Source: Octopus sinensis (taxonomy: Eukaryota). From it: a stretch of 64,000 nt of DNA. Both the position numbers and the translations under genes were made by a program. The notes beneath the pieces are model-generated. The model was given only the letters and a program-made list of their open reading frames with translations. It searched no databases and had not been told where the DNA came from. Below are positions 50,215 through 64,000 of this stretch, piece by piece; positions within the stretch are counted from its first letter, which is position 1, and each line of letters starts with the position of its first letter. The stretch covers positions 32,054,001-32,118,000 of the forward strand of contig NC_043006.1 of NCBI RefSeq assembly GCF_006345805.1, given 5' to 3'.

Positions 50215-50503
50215 GCGGAAAGTGTAACCTCTCGAAAGAGCTGCTCTTCACTCCTGCTCCAGAGCGTCGGCTGCGGGGTCATTCCGAAAAGCTCTATCTG
50301 CGACGATTTCGTCTCTCACGAAGGAGAGGGGCTTTCTCCGTCCGGGTTGCGGATCCGTGGAACAAGCTGCCAGACGAGATGGTAAAGACCTCAAGTGGCC
50401 TGAACTCTTTACACGAACACCACCCTGTACATAACTCCATGTCTCCCTACATGGCCTTGCTTTTTGCTTTTTGAGCCAAAAAATTAACTAACTAACTAAC
50501 TAA
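50215..50503 (+). mobile_element. CR1-like LINE 3' end with (AACT)n tail
   Basis: HSEKLYLRRFRLSRRRGAFSVRVADPWNKLPDEMV, then TAACTAACTAAC. Confidence 0.75.
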
Positions 50504-50879
50504 CAACAACATCAACTGTGAAAAGCACACCAAAAAGCGAAACGCAAACAAAAACTAGCACCAATAAAATCGCTTAATGAGATCGCGTTTAAACCTTACG
50601 GTGTTGAAGGTCGATCGTTTTGTAGAAATCAGTTTACAATTTTTTGGTTGATTTCAGTAAAATCTGATTCTGATTTTTGGTACCATCAACCGTTGTGAAG
50701 CCAATAACCATCCTGTACAGCTTTCTCTATGCCTGCTGATGACGGCGTGGTGAGCTTGTATAATTTATTTACACATCGCCAGCAACACAGTCAAGTCCCC
50801 GCAAAAAATATGGAGAGCGTTTATATATTAATCTACTTTTTTCTCCTGTTATTTCGTTTAAGTAATTTATCTCAACACG

Positions 50880-51640
50880 TTGTAAGTCAGTCATTGCGTT
50901 TCATTGAAGTTTCTTACTGACCTTTTTCAGGGAGAAATACTCTCATGATATTTACAGATCACCTTACTCTCACCTCTACAGTTCTGTTTTCTTCAAAAAC
51001 ATTAATTCCTATCTCTACAGCGACTTTTCCTCTTTCCTGTCCATTCGATCAAGCACACCACCGTTACTACTGATTCCTCCGTTTCAACTGTCTTAAGCTG
51101 CGACTGAGTCAGGCTTAACACCAGGCTGGTCTCGACGTTTTTACCTATTCACTCTTATCCAAGTTGCTCTTTCTTGTACCCATGCTATTGGCCGCAGCTC
51201 AGCCATTTCACCCTGCATCCGAAACCCAACCCACTATAACCACCTCTTCCCACCTACTATCCCGTCATTTCTCCAGGTTGCCATCTTCTGCCTCTTCCGC
51301 CGCTTCTAGTTTGATTCTGTTACTTATTGATTCCACCTCCTTCCTTCTTTTAATCGTCTCCTCCATCAGCCGCATATACGCGCTACGATGTTCCTGTTAG
51401 GATTCGATCTACATCAGACAAATTGATCGCCTACTGTCCGACAAGTTCGTGGAGACCGAAAACATTCCACTTCTTAACGAGTCGCCTTTCTCTCCACATT
51501 TCCGCTCCGCTGACCACTTTACTCAACATCTTTCGATCTTCAGCTTAGCATCCAGCATTAGATCTCTCATTACTCGCTTTCAGAGGGAACAAGAGTTCAT
51601 ATTTTTATCCACACATTTACGCAATTCGATTACAACCGGT
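50880..51640 (+). mobile_element. Degraded Penelope-like element, GIY-YIG region
   Basis: RIYALRCSC*DSIYIRQIDRLLSDKFVE and SPHFRSADH...FQREQEFIF resemble the PLE endonuclease C-terminus. Confidence 0.55.
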
Positions 51641-51945
51641 CACATGCATACACAAGCACGCCCATTGAACATTCATGTATATATATTGTCCTCTAGATCC
51701 TCTCTTCTTTACCGAGTTTGACAACGAGGTTTGTCAACATGAATTGCGTACAGCACTAACGACGACATACATGCATATACACCCATACGTCATACACCAC
51801 ATATAAAGTTATATTTTTCAGATATATAAGAATGATTTTGGCATGATTTTAGGGTTCAACGTTGCGTTAAAATAAAACAGATTCGTGTTAATGTGTAAAA
51901 TCGTGCATTCATACACACATTTACATATATTGAGAAGCAACACAA

Positions 51946-52437
51946 GGATATTTTCGGTTTGAACGGCAGTTTTTAACATAATTTCTAGGTAACTAAAAAA
52001 TTTTAAACTTCGTATACTGGTAGAATGTGTTTATGAAACATCTTTTTCTCTTGGCTTTATTGAGAAAATTCTATAGTTTGTAAGATATTTGTTGTTTTTT
52101 TTTCTTCAGTTTCTGCAATTTCAACCAATCAGTGACGTCTATTGAGTTAAAAAGCATTCTGTGCCGTATGAATATGTCCCTCGTTTAAGAAACAGATTGG
52201 GTTTATTTACATTTGTGAAGAAAAAAAAGATACCCTTCCCCCACCCCTAACCCTGACCCTAACCCTAACCTTTACTAACCCTAGCTAACCCTAACCTTTA
52301 CTAACCCTAGCTAACCCTAACTAACCCTAACCCTAAAAGAGATTGAAATGCAATAGATCGATTCTAGGGTCATAATTACGGGTGACAATTTCATATGACA
52401 CCGCTAGAAAAAACTGCCGTTCAAACCGAAAAGATCC
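51946..52437. mobile_element. Non-autonomous DNA transposon (Mutator-like by its 9-bp TSD) containing telomeric repeats
   Basis: TIR GGATATTTTCGGTTTGAACGGCAGTTTTT / AAAAACTGCCGTTCAAACCGAAAAGATCC; TSD GCAACACAA at 51937-51945 and 52438-52446. Confidence 0.9.
52245..52336 (+). repeat. Interstitial telomere-like (CCCTAA)n tract
   Basis: CCCTAA units with variants and a duplicated CCCTAACCTTTACTAACCCTAGCTAA block. Confidence 0.85.
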
Positions 52438-53104
52438 GCAACACAATCTATACTAAAATTATATATTTTACCAAAATTGCTCAAGGCACCAATAAAAGTT
52501 TCGTACGTCCAATACTCATCAGCAGAATGGAAAATTGAACGCACATACCCGTTATTTACAGTGGTATGGAACACAGTGTATTTTATAGGAAAAGTCGTAT
52601 AAGATGTTTTTCTGTGGATAACAGGAACAAAATAAGCCAGAAAAATAGATAAGCAAGTAAATTGTGCCGAACGATTTTCCTCAAAGTTAAATAACTAATA
52701 ATGGTTGTTGTTTTAAAACGGTCAACGTCTTATTGAAAGATCTGTTACAATACAAACGTACACACACGTACAGATTAAATTTATACAAAATATATTTATA
52801 AGAATAAAAAACAACAACAAAGAAAATAAACAAAGCGAACTGTATAAGTAAAGAGATATATTAAAATAAAAAGATATGTTTAAAAGCAAACATTGTGTTT
52901 AAGAAAACAGCCGATAGCTAACAAAAGTTACTTCCATATTATTTAAAATAATACTTTTAAGATTCTCCTGCTGATCGACACGAAATGTTTGTTTGCTTCC
53001 CAGAACTGAATAGATAAATAAATATGGCTTATTTATTGTACATCACTACAATCTCTGCCGAAGGTGTCTTTATTTTCATGAAATAGTCGGGATTCAATGT
53101 GTGT

Positions 53105-53142
<38 letters not shown>

Positions 53143-53825
53143 TGTGTGTGTGTGTGAATTCTTTTATTCGTTTACTTGTTTCAGACAATTGACTGCGCTC
53201 ATGCTGGAGCATCGTTACGAAGAGTTTTAGTCGAACAAATCGACATCAGGACTTATTTTTTAAGCCTAGCACTTATTCTATCGGTATCTTTTGCCGAACC
53301 GCTAGCTTACGGGGACGTAAACACACCAATACTGATTGTCAAGCGGTGATAGGTGGACAAATGCAGACACAAAGACACACATGCAAAAATAAAATTTTGG
53401 TCAACCCGAGGCTATAGTAGAAGACACTTGCCCAAGATGCCACGCAGAGAGACTGAACCCGGAACCATGTGGTTAGGAAGAAGCCACGCCTGCGCCTATA
53501 TGTGTAAGTTTGTAAGCGTGTGTGTCATTTATATGTGTATATGTGTATGCAAGTATGAATGGTATTCTGTATTGCTCTGTGTGTGTGTGTGTGTGTGTAT
53601 GAATTTCTGTTATTAATATGGTGAAGTAGTTTCAATACACAGACGCGTCGTCTGAAAGATAAACATGAAAACAATGACTTTTAAGTAAGTATTGAGACGA
53701 TGAAAGTACCACATCAACAACGGACGAAGAAGGTTATTCGTTGGAAGCAACAAATACAAAAAATACTGTACATTATTTACATTATTTACATTTGACGGAT
53801 ATTTGTCCTCATCTTGTTTGTTGTT

Positions 53826-53871
53826 AACACAACGTTTCGGCTGATATACCCTCCAGCCTTCATCAGGTGTT
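53826..53871 (-). ncRNA. Minimal type I hammerhead ribozyme
   Basis: AACAC-CTGATGA-A-GGCTG-GAGGGTATAT-CAGCC-GAAAC-GTT-GTGTT; perfect stems I and II; palindromic AACGTT in place of stem III. Confidence 0.72.
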
Positions 53872-53933
53872 TTGGGGAAATTTCGAACCTAAGGTATTTT
53901 TCAATGTTATTATTATTATTATTATTATTATTA

Positions 53934-53980
<47 letters not shown>

Positions 53981-54105
53981 TCGCTGCCTGGAATCGAACT
54001 CAGAATCTTGGGGTAAGTAGCCTGCGCTCTTAACCACTACGGCATATGTCGGCTACTAACCCCAAGATTCCGAGCTCGATTCCAGGCAGTGACCTGAATA
54101 ATATT

Positions 54106-54179
<74 letters not shown>

Positions 54180-54237
54180 TAATAATAACATTGAAAAATA
54201 CCTTAGGAATGAGAACCCAGGCTCGAAATTTCCCCAA

Positions 54238-54283
54238 GACACCTGATGAAGGCTGGAGGGTATATCAGCTGAAACGTTGTGTT
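54238..54283 (+). ncRNA. Minimal type I hammerhead ribozyme (second copy)
   Basis: GACAC-CTGATGA-A-GGCTG-GAGGGTATAT-CAGCT-GAAAC-GTT-GTGTT; the two differences from the other copy give G-U pairs. Confidence 0.68.
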
Positions 54284-55247
54284 AACAACAAACAAGATGA
54301 GGACAAATATCCGTCAAATGTAAATAATGTAAATAATGTATATAATTCCTGATTTCTTAAATATAAAACTAAACAAGAAATACTGGTTTCAAATTTTGGC
54401 ACAAGGCCAGCAATTTCGGGGAAGGGGTAAGTCGATTACATCAACCCCAGTGCTTGACTGGTAATTATTTTATCGATCCCCAAAAGAATGAAAGGCAAAG
54501 TCAACCCTGGCGAAATTTGAACTCAGAACGTACCGACTGACGAAATACCGCTTAGCATTTTGTCCGGCGTACCAACGATCCTTCCAGTGGGTCGCCTTAT
54601 AATGATAAATAAATATTGATAGGTGATTATAATTAAAATATTACAGTATAGGGATGTCAACAGTGTGGATAACTGAATGAACAGGGTTGCGGCCCAACCG
54701 GTCCAGATCACCCGGATTTAAATAGGAACCGCAGAGAAATGAACGATTTGAAGCTGCAATCTGCAGTCACTCTACAAAAACTGAAGAGGGAGTCTTTAGT
54801 TTGCAGACCCGCCTTTAGCTTTTTCTGTGTATCTGGAGAAGGTGACGCGAAACCACCCCAGTGAAATCTTCTTCATGTTGATTTGAGCTATGTGTGTTGG
54901 GCATTGGTGACTGTGTAAAAGAAAGATTAAATAACTTTAGGGTTCGCGGTAGGAAGCAACGTATCAAGATATCATTATAAGTTGTTGGCCAACTATTCTG
55001 CAACTGTTCACCTTCCAAGTACAAAGATTATAAAGTTGAACATATTAATCAAAAGACTCTCACAATCTGTCAACTTTACATTCGAGGCGTGTAGGAAAAA
55101 AATTTCAGATCTGCTTTCCATAAAATATCAGGACAGGCAGGCCTCACACTTAGGTGTCATCTCTCACGAACAAAACATTGATCAAAAGAGAACGTGATCA
55201 ACAATTGCTTAAAGTAGAAAAAAGAAAAGAAGGTGGTAAGAAAGCAG

Positions 55248-55280
<33 letters not shown>

Positions 55281-55640
55281 GAAAAGAAGGATGAAAAGAG
55301 AAGATATAGAGAAAATACGAGAAAGCGAGAAGTGAAAGAGAAAAGATAAGAGAAGGACCAAGATAAGGAAAATGACAAAGAAGAGATAGAGGTGAATGGA
55401 AAGAATAATCAATGCGATATTATAAAGAAAGTGTGAAAGATATCAACAACAGCAACATCATCATCATCAAAAACAACAACAACAACAACAGCAACAACAA
55501 CAACAACAACAACATCATCACCATCATCATCATCATCATCATCAACAACAACAACAGCAACAATCCATCTCATAAAATTCGCCTCAATCTTAGTTAAAAG
55601 CAATAGAGGTGACGATAGTGGCGCTGCTGTTAGTCTTGCA

Positions 55641-56528
55641 CGAGGGAGTACCCAAAAGAAACCGGAATTTTGCAATATTTTTTTATTCACTTAGTTTTAT
55701 ATGTTTACGCTTTTATCTCCTTCAAAATATTCTCCATTTTGAAGCAATGCATCCGACCAGACGCGTTTTCCACTATTCAAAGCAGTCCTGGAACTCTTGC
55801 GAAGTGATGCCTTTTGATGCCTCCATCGTTTTTTTTCTTCATCTCTTCCACATCTGCAAATTCCATAGCACCAGCTTTCGTCACCAGTGATGACCTTCCA
55901 AAAGAGGTCTTGAACAAATTCCAACTGCTCTTTCAGTTCACGACACGTATTCAGTCTTGGCTGCTTTTGATCCTCCGTGAGCAAGCGACGCACACATTTT
56001 GCCGCAACTCTTTTCATTCGCAATTCCTCGCTCGAAATTCGTTGACAGGAGTTCCAGGACACATCAGTCATATGAACAAGTTGGTCACTTGTTTGGTGAT
56101 GGTCCTCTAAGATCAGTTTATGAGCTTCCATTCGTTCGGGATGTCGACGGTCGTCCTGAACGAGACTGGTCTTCAAGCGACATGTGACCATTCCTAAAGC
56201 ATGAAAACCACTCGTAAACTTGTGTTTTGCACATGGCAGCATCCTTGTAAGCTGTTTGAAGCATGACAACTGTTTCGGCCGCCGTTTTCCCCAGCAGAAA
56301 ACCGAATTTCACGGAGGCATGCTGTTCCTTCTTTTCAGCCATCGCAAAAATCGACGAACAGAGGAGAAGCACTGCAAAGCAAAGACGCACAACGTGGCAG
56401 CACGACACTACCTGACGAGGTTGGTCGGCAGACTGATGCCTGAGGGCCGCATCAAGTGGCACAGAAGCCTGAACTACGAGAGATTTGTCCCACAGAGAAC
56501 GTTTCCGGTTATTTTGGGGTACCCCTCG
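55641..56528 (-). mobile_element. Internally deleted mariner transposon
   Basis: TIRs CGAGGGAGTACCCAAAAGAACCGGAA / TTCCGGTTATTTTGGGGTACCCCTCG; transposase MAEKKEQHASVKFGFLLGKTAAET...RSGRPSTS and VITGDESWCYG, with frameshifts. Confidence 0.92.
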
Positions 56529-57344
56529 TGTGTGTGTGTGTGTGTGTTTATGTGTTTGTGTTTGTGTGTGTGTTTGTTTCCCACCACAGCTTGAAAACCG
56601 GTGTTGGTATGTCTACGTCCCCGTAACATAGCAGTTCGGCAAAAGCGATCGATAGAATAAGTACTAGGCTTAAGTCCTGGGGTCGATTTGTTTGACAAAA
56701 TCCCTTCAAGGCGGTGCTGCAGCATGGCCGTAGTCAAATGACTGAAACAAGTAAAAGATAAAAGATAAACAACTGAGAAAGGAAAAAAAGAGCATCAAGG
56801 AAGTGCCAGATGCTGAAGCAGGAAGGACATTCTAGGAAGAAATCGGGAGCAAGCAGACTGGTTAGGGAAATTTAAAAGAGAAATGAAAGATGGAGCGCCA
56901 CACGAAAATTTAACAATCACGGATAAGAAAGTAAAAGAAATGATCAAGAAAATATGAAACTGGAAAGCCGTCAGGCCAGATGGTGTCCTGGGTTTCTCAC
57001 TAAATCAGGAATCTCTCAAGTACACATAGCTATTTACGATCGTTTTTTATTGGCTGCATAGAGAATAGAACAGCGACATGGCTGTCAGAAGGAAGGACAG
57101 TGCTGACACAGAAGCATAAAGAAAAGGAACTTCTGTAAACATCGAAATTTAACAGTTATAAGGAAGGGCGTTAGCCGAGTATATCGACCCCTCCCCAGTG
57201 GTTGACTGGTACATATTTTATGGATCCAAATTGATAAAAGGCGAAGTCGACATCGGCGGATTTTGAACTCAGAGCATAAAGGGCTGGACGAAATGTTGCT
57301 AAGCATTTTGTCTAACTCGCTAACGATTCTGCCAACTTACCACC

Positions 57345-57405
<61 letters not shown>

Positions 57406-57621
57406 TATTATTATTATCCTTTCTACTGGAGGCACAAGGCCTCAAATTTGTGGGGAGGGAGGGGACTAGTCGATTACATCGACCCCAGTGTTTCACTGAT
57501 ACTTAATTTATCAACCCCGAAAGAATGAAAAGCAAAGTCGACCTCAGCGTAATTTGAACTCAGAACGAAATTCCGCTAGGAATTTCGTCCGGCGTGCTAA
57601 CGACTATGCCAGCTCGTCGCC

Positions 57622-59932
<2,311 letters not shown>

Positions 59933-59939
59933 TAGTATT

Positions 59940-60650
59940 AATAATATCAATAATCTCTTATTTATAGATAATTTAAAGTTTACGGCAACATAAAGAACTC
60001 CTTAGTAGAAACTGTTATTGGTTCGTCCGTCGTTGTCGACGATGATCAAAGACATCACATGGAAGAAGAAGACGGAGCAGGGTATGTCCAGCTGCGACCT
60101 ATTAGTTTGATGCACGCTTGGAAGGCTCTGCCGCAGGTCGGACACTGATGGTCTGTTGGGACTAAAGGCGAGCAGTTGGCTCTGGACTTGCGCAGTTCGT
60201 ATTTTCTATGGGCCCCTGCAATCCTGTTCTGTTTGTAGGAGGTGGAACCTAAGTTGGTGCAGCTTTGCCGAGCAGGGTGGTCTTGTGCTTGCGTTTCTGC
60301 ACAAACTTTGGATATTTAATAATGACATCGCAATGACTTTTAGATTCGAAAGATGTGCAGTGATAGACATAAAGCAGGGCGGAAAACCCCATAAAAGGCC
60401 CTTGAATAGCTCAACATAATGATAATCAACATAAAATCATTAAATGTAGAAGAAACATATAAATATTTGACATTACAGGAAATTCAACAAAATCAAAAGT
60501 GTAGAAATGATGGAATCTCTCAGTTAAGAATACTTTCGCCAAATGGAGAAGATTCTAAAATCTAAACATAATTCAAGTATTCAACGTGAGGACAATATCA
60601 CGAGTTAAAGTATGAAGCAGGAATTATTGAGTGAAAGAAGGATGAGTGAG
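59940..60650 (+). mobile_element. Degraded R4/Dong-like RT fragments
   Basis: NNLLFIDNLK, DIAMTFRFERCAV, ETYKYL remnants; related remnants near 56950 and 58500-58680. Confidence 0.45.
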
Positions 60651-62061
60651 AGGATAAATGGGAGTCTGTCGGTTACGATGATGAGGGTTCCATTTGATCC
60701 AATCAACGGAATAGCTTTCTCATGAAACAGACGTGCAAGTGGCTGAGCGCTCCACACACACGCGTACATTTAATGTAGTTCTCAGGGAGATTCAGCGTGG
60801 CACAGAGTGCGACAAGGATGGTCTTTTGAATTAGACGTACATTTTTGCCAGCTGAGTGGACTAGAATAATGTGAAATCAAGTGTCTTGCTCAAGGACACA
60901 ACTCACCTCCAGGAATCGAACTCACACCCTTATGATCGTGGGCCGAACACCCTAACCGTTAAGCTATGTGCCTTCACTTATTTAACACCAGCTTAAAAGC
61001 CTCACTCCGCGCAGACTTTTAAGTCAGCTCCTATGGAGGGCTAATTGGGCCTACGGCTCATAATTAAAGAGACCGCATTAGCATGATTATAATGCGTCTA
61101 TAATTTCTATAATCCCTGGTGGTGTTTGATCAGAGGTGAAGGATTGACGAGAATTAATTCTGTAATGCAATCAATCTGTTGTTCCAGTTCCAATTGTTGG
61201 CCAATATGTTCCAAAGTTCTTATCTCGACATAAAATTAACGGAGCGAATGTCATTTATCTTCTCCTTCACCCCTGACATCATCTGATAAACGTCAGCCAA
61301 GATGGCATGAATCAGTCAAGCTTTACCTGTTAGAAATAGCAACCCAAATGCTTTTACATGAGATCTCAATGCTGGATGTTCAAGAACCAAATGAAGGGCA
61401 GATTTTTAATTCCGGGATCATCCTGATTCCAAAAAGGTATAATATATCTAAGTAGAACAAATGTATATTGAGATACAGGGGACCCACACGGACAGACAGA
61501 ATTTCGCTTTTATAAGCGAACTGAACCATATATTTTATCCCAGTTCGCTAGTTATATTATCAGTTCTAAGTCTGACTCGGGGCCATCAGTTTTGTGTGGA
61601 GGGGAGATCGTTTAGATCGACCACGATGCTCCATTTGTATTTAGTTTATCGACCCCTGAAAGATATTAAAGGCGAAGTCTAATTCGGTGGAATTTGAATT
61701 CAGAACGTAAAGTCGGAAGAAATGCCGCTGAGCATTTTGTCCGACTCGGTAACAATTCTGCCAGCACGCCGTCTTCCCCTGGCTATATAAGGAATCTGAA
61801 ATGCAGATTGCAACCAAAGCAATTCTTCACTCAAAATCTATTTAAGACAGATGGGGGCATGCAAGAGAGAAATAAATGACTAGAATTGTGTGACATGGTG
61901 CCATTAAATAGTAAATTAATTAATTTTAAGTTTATGGTCATTGGATTGGAAACTTGGGAACGCTATAACAAGGAAAATGGTGGCTTCCATAGAATTAATC
62001 GCCAAGAATGGTTTCCAGCAAAAAAAAAATGACCGTTGAAGGTCATCAGAAATTAAGAATA

Positions 62062-62192
62062 ATGTATGTATGTATGTATGTATGTATGTATGTATGTATG
62101 TATGTATGTATGTATGTACGTACCTACGTACCTACCTACCTCCCACCCTCCGTCCCACCCTCCGTCCCTCCGTCCCTCCGTCCCTCCGTCCC

Positions 62193-62223
<31 letters not shown>

Positions 62224-62361
62224 CTATGTATATATACATGCATTTTTGTGTGCTTGAGTATACTTACATTCTTGCATACATAATATGCATACACACACAC
62301 ACATATATATATGTATCTGTATACATATATATATGTATATATATGTATAGATATATGCATA

Positions 62362-62431
<70 letters not shown>

Positions 62432-62535
62432 CGCATGTACGTATGTATGTATGAATGTATGTATGTATGTATGTATTTATGTATGTATGTATGTATATAT
62501 ATATACGCATGTATGTATTAATGTATACATGTATA
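62062..62535. repeat. (TATG)n, (TCCG/TCCC)n and (TA)n microsatellite block
   Basis: Direct reading. Confidence 0.9.
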
Positions 62536-63389
62536 TTTCATTTCGATATGTGCGAATTCCTGTTGATTTATTTATGTTAAACACTGTTGGTTCGTTTCAC
62601 AATCAATATATTAATATCGAAGTAACTTAAACGTAAGAAATCCATCACGCTTTCCGTTAAAGGAGGAAGAGGAGGAGGAGGGGAAGGGACGAACAGGAAG
62701 TGCTTTTTGGTATATGAAAGCGCCCAGAAAAAGGGAGAGGTATGTAAATGAAGGGAGGTAATAAGAGAAAGGAAGGAAAGAAACGTTATACAGGAGTGTA
62801 ATCAATCAAACACACACACACACAGACACACAGACACGCACACACACACACAAGTGCGTGTGTACTTGTGTGTTTGTTTATAAATGCGTGTTTGACATTG
62901 GTTTGAAATGTTGGTGGCGCAAGGTCAGCAATCTCGAGAGAGGGGGATAAATCAATTACATCGACTGGTACTTATTTTATCGACTCCGAAAGGTTGAAAA
63001 GCTAAGACGACCTCAGGGGAATTTGAACTCAGAACATAATGACGGACGAAATGCCACTAAGCATATCATCCGGCGTGCTAACGATTCCGCCATCTCATTA
63101 CCCTAAATGTGAATACAATATTCCTGGGCTGTCAGATAATTCCGTTCGTTTCTTTCCGCTGTTATTTGAAATTTCACAAGAAATATTTTTATCATAGTGT
63201 TTTATGGGGATTTTATAGATCTGTTCTTCTGCTACTTTTGCTTATCGATCTGAATAAACTTGCATTTCAGGCATCACCTGGATCACCTGGATTAGCCAGG
63301 CTATCTGGAACCGAGTCAGCTCCGCTGGTCACAGCATTCACTCCATTCCTCTCGTATTTGCGCCATTCTCCTCCACGTTGTTCCAAACA

Positions 63390-63750
63390 TTTTTCTTAAA
63401 TAGTTTCCCCACCTCGTTGGAGGTCTTCCGAGTGGTTTCTTCCGCTCGTGCGATTACCACTCGGCAACTGCACGGGTCCACCGACGGTCTGTGACCCTAG
63501 CTACCTGACCGGTCCATCGGAGCTCTGTGCAGTGGTATTCCGCGACGACGTCCTTCATTCTAGTTCTATTCCTGATCTCCTTGTTCCGGGTGTGATCCCT
63601 AAGTGAGATACCCAACATCGACCTTTCCATGGCTCTCTGCGCCGTAAGCAGATGTTCTCTCTTCGTCAAGGCCCAAGTCTCACATGCATGTAGCATTGCT
63701 GGCAAGACTGTGCTGTTTAGGAAGTGATTGTTTAGGATCACCTTCAGCAC
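63390..63750 (-). mobile_element. RTE-clade LINE 3' fragment
   Basis: LPAMLHACETW...QRAMERSMLGISLRD...WTGQVARVTDRRWT...GRPPTRW. Confidence 0.85.
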
Positions 63751-64000
63751 AACCTCCGCCGGTTATACGACGATGAAATGTCAAGTAGATAAAAAGATAG
63801 ATAAATAAATGAATGAGCATTTTCAACATCTGCTTCTCTTCGCTTTCAGTCGGGGCTCCAGAGCTGCCAAAGCCGTTTGAGACATTTGTTACAGTGTACG
63901 AAGAAGGCACCATTGCTGAAAGAAAACAGTTTTCATACTTCAAGGTGGGAAAATTCGACCTCACAGATTCTCCACGCTTCGGGTAACATGTTCGGTTCAA

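Larger units (their letters stand above)
53769..54370. mobile_element. Head-to-head pair of tRNA-headed SINEs, each with a hammerhead tail
   Basis: Minus copy 53769-54048 has head GCCGTAGTGGTTAAGAGCG...GAGTTCGATTCC; plus copy 54051-54370 is 5'-truncated; both have an (AAT)n spacer. Confidence 0.85.

Noticed and set aside
52498-52521. CTGATGA-GTAT-TGGAC-GTAC-GAAAC on minus
   Set aside because: Core and stem II are present, but there is no usable stem III, cleavage triplet or stem I partner
53975-54048. tRNA gene
   Set aside because: tRNA-like A/B boxes but no convincing acceptor stem, and it continues into a dispersed repeat body; treated as a SINE head

Overview
AT-rich eukaryotic genomic DNA. 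The repeat families (tRNA-headed SINEs with (GAT)n/(AAT)n tails, Penelope-like elements, mariners, very long microsatellites) suggest a coleoid cephalopod such as Octopus; this is an inference. The left half holds a complete 19-exon NOL10 gene on the minus strand (ATG 33425 to TAA 2772). I traced it by hand: all introns are GT-AG, phases are consistent, and the CDS is 2124 nt / 707 aa. About 2.35 kb downstream on the same strand is the first coding exon of a FAM173B/ATPSCKMT-like methyltransferase. The right half is gene-poor and repeat-dense, and most ORF-track calls there are microsatellite or SINE artefacts. The strongest unexplained signal is a set of hammerhead-ribozyme motifs from several unrelated repeat families. 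These include a tRNA-headed SINE carrying a minimal hammerhead (three copies, two of them head-to-head) and an apparently intact type I hammerhead at 14986-15059. Other notable structures are a 5x69-bp array duplicating a NOL10 splice acceptor, long intronic fold-backs, a 9-bp-TSD MITE carrying telomeric repeats, and a SINE-derived higher-order satellite. No ribozyme activity or expression can be shown from sequence alone.
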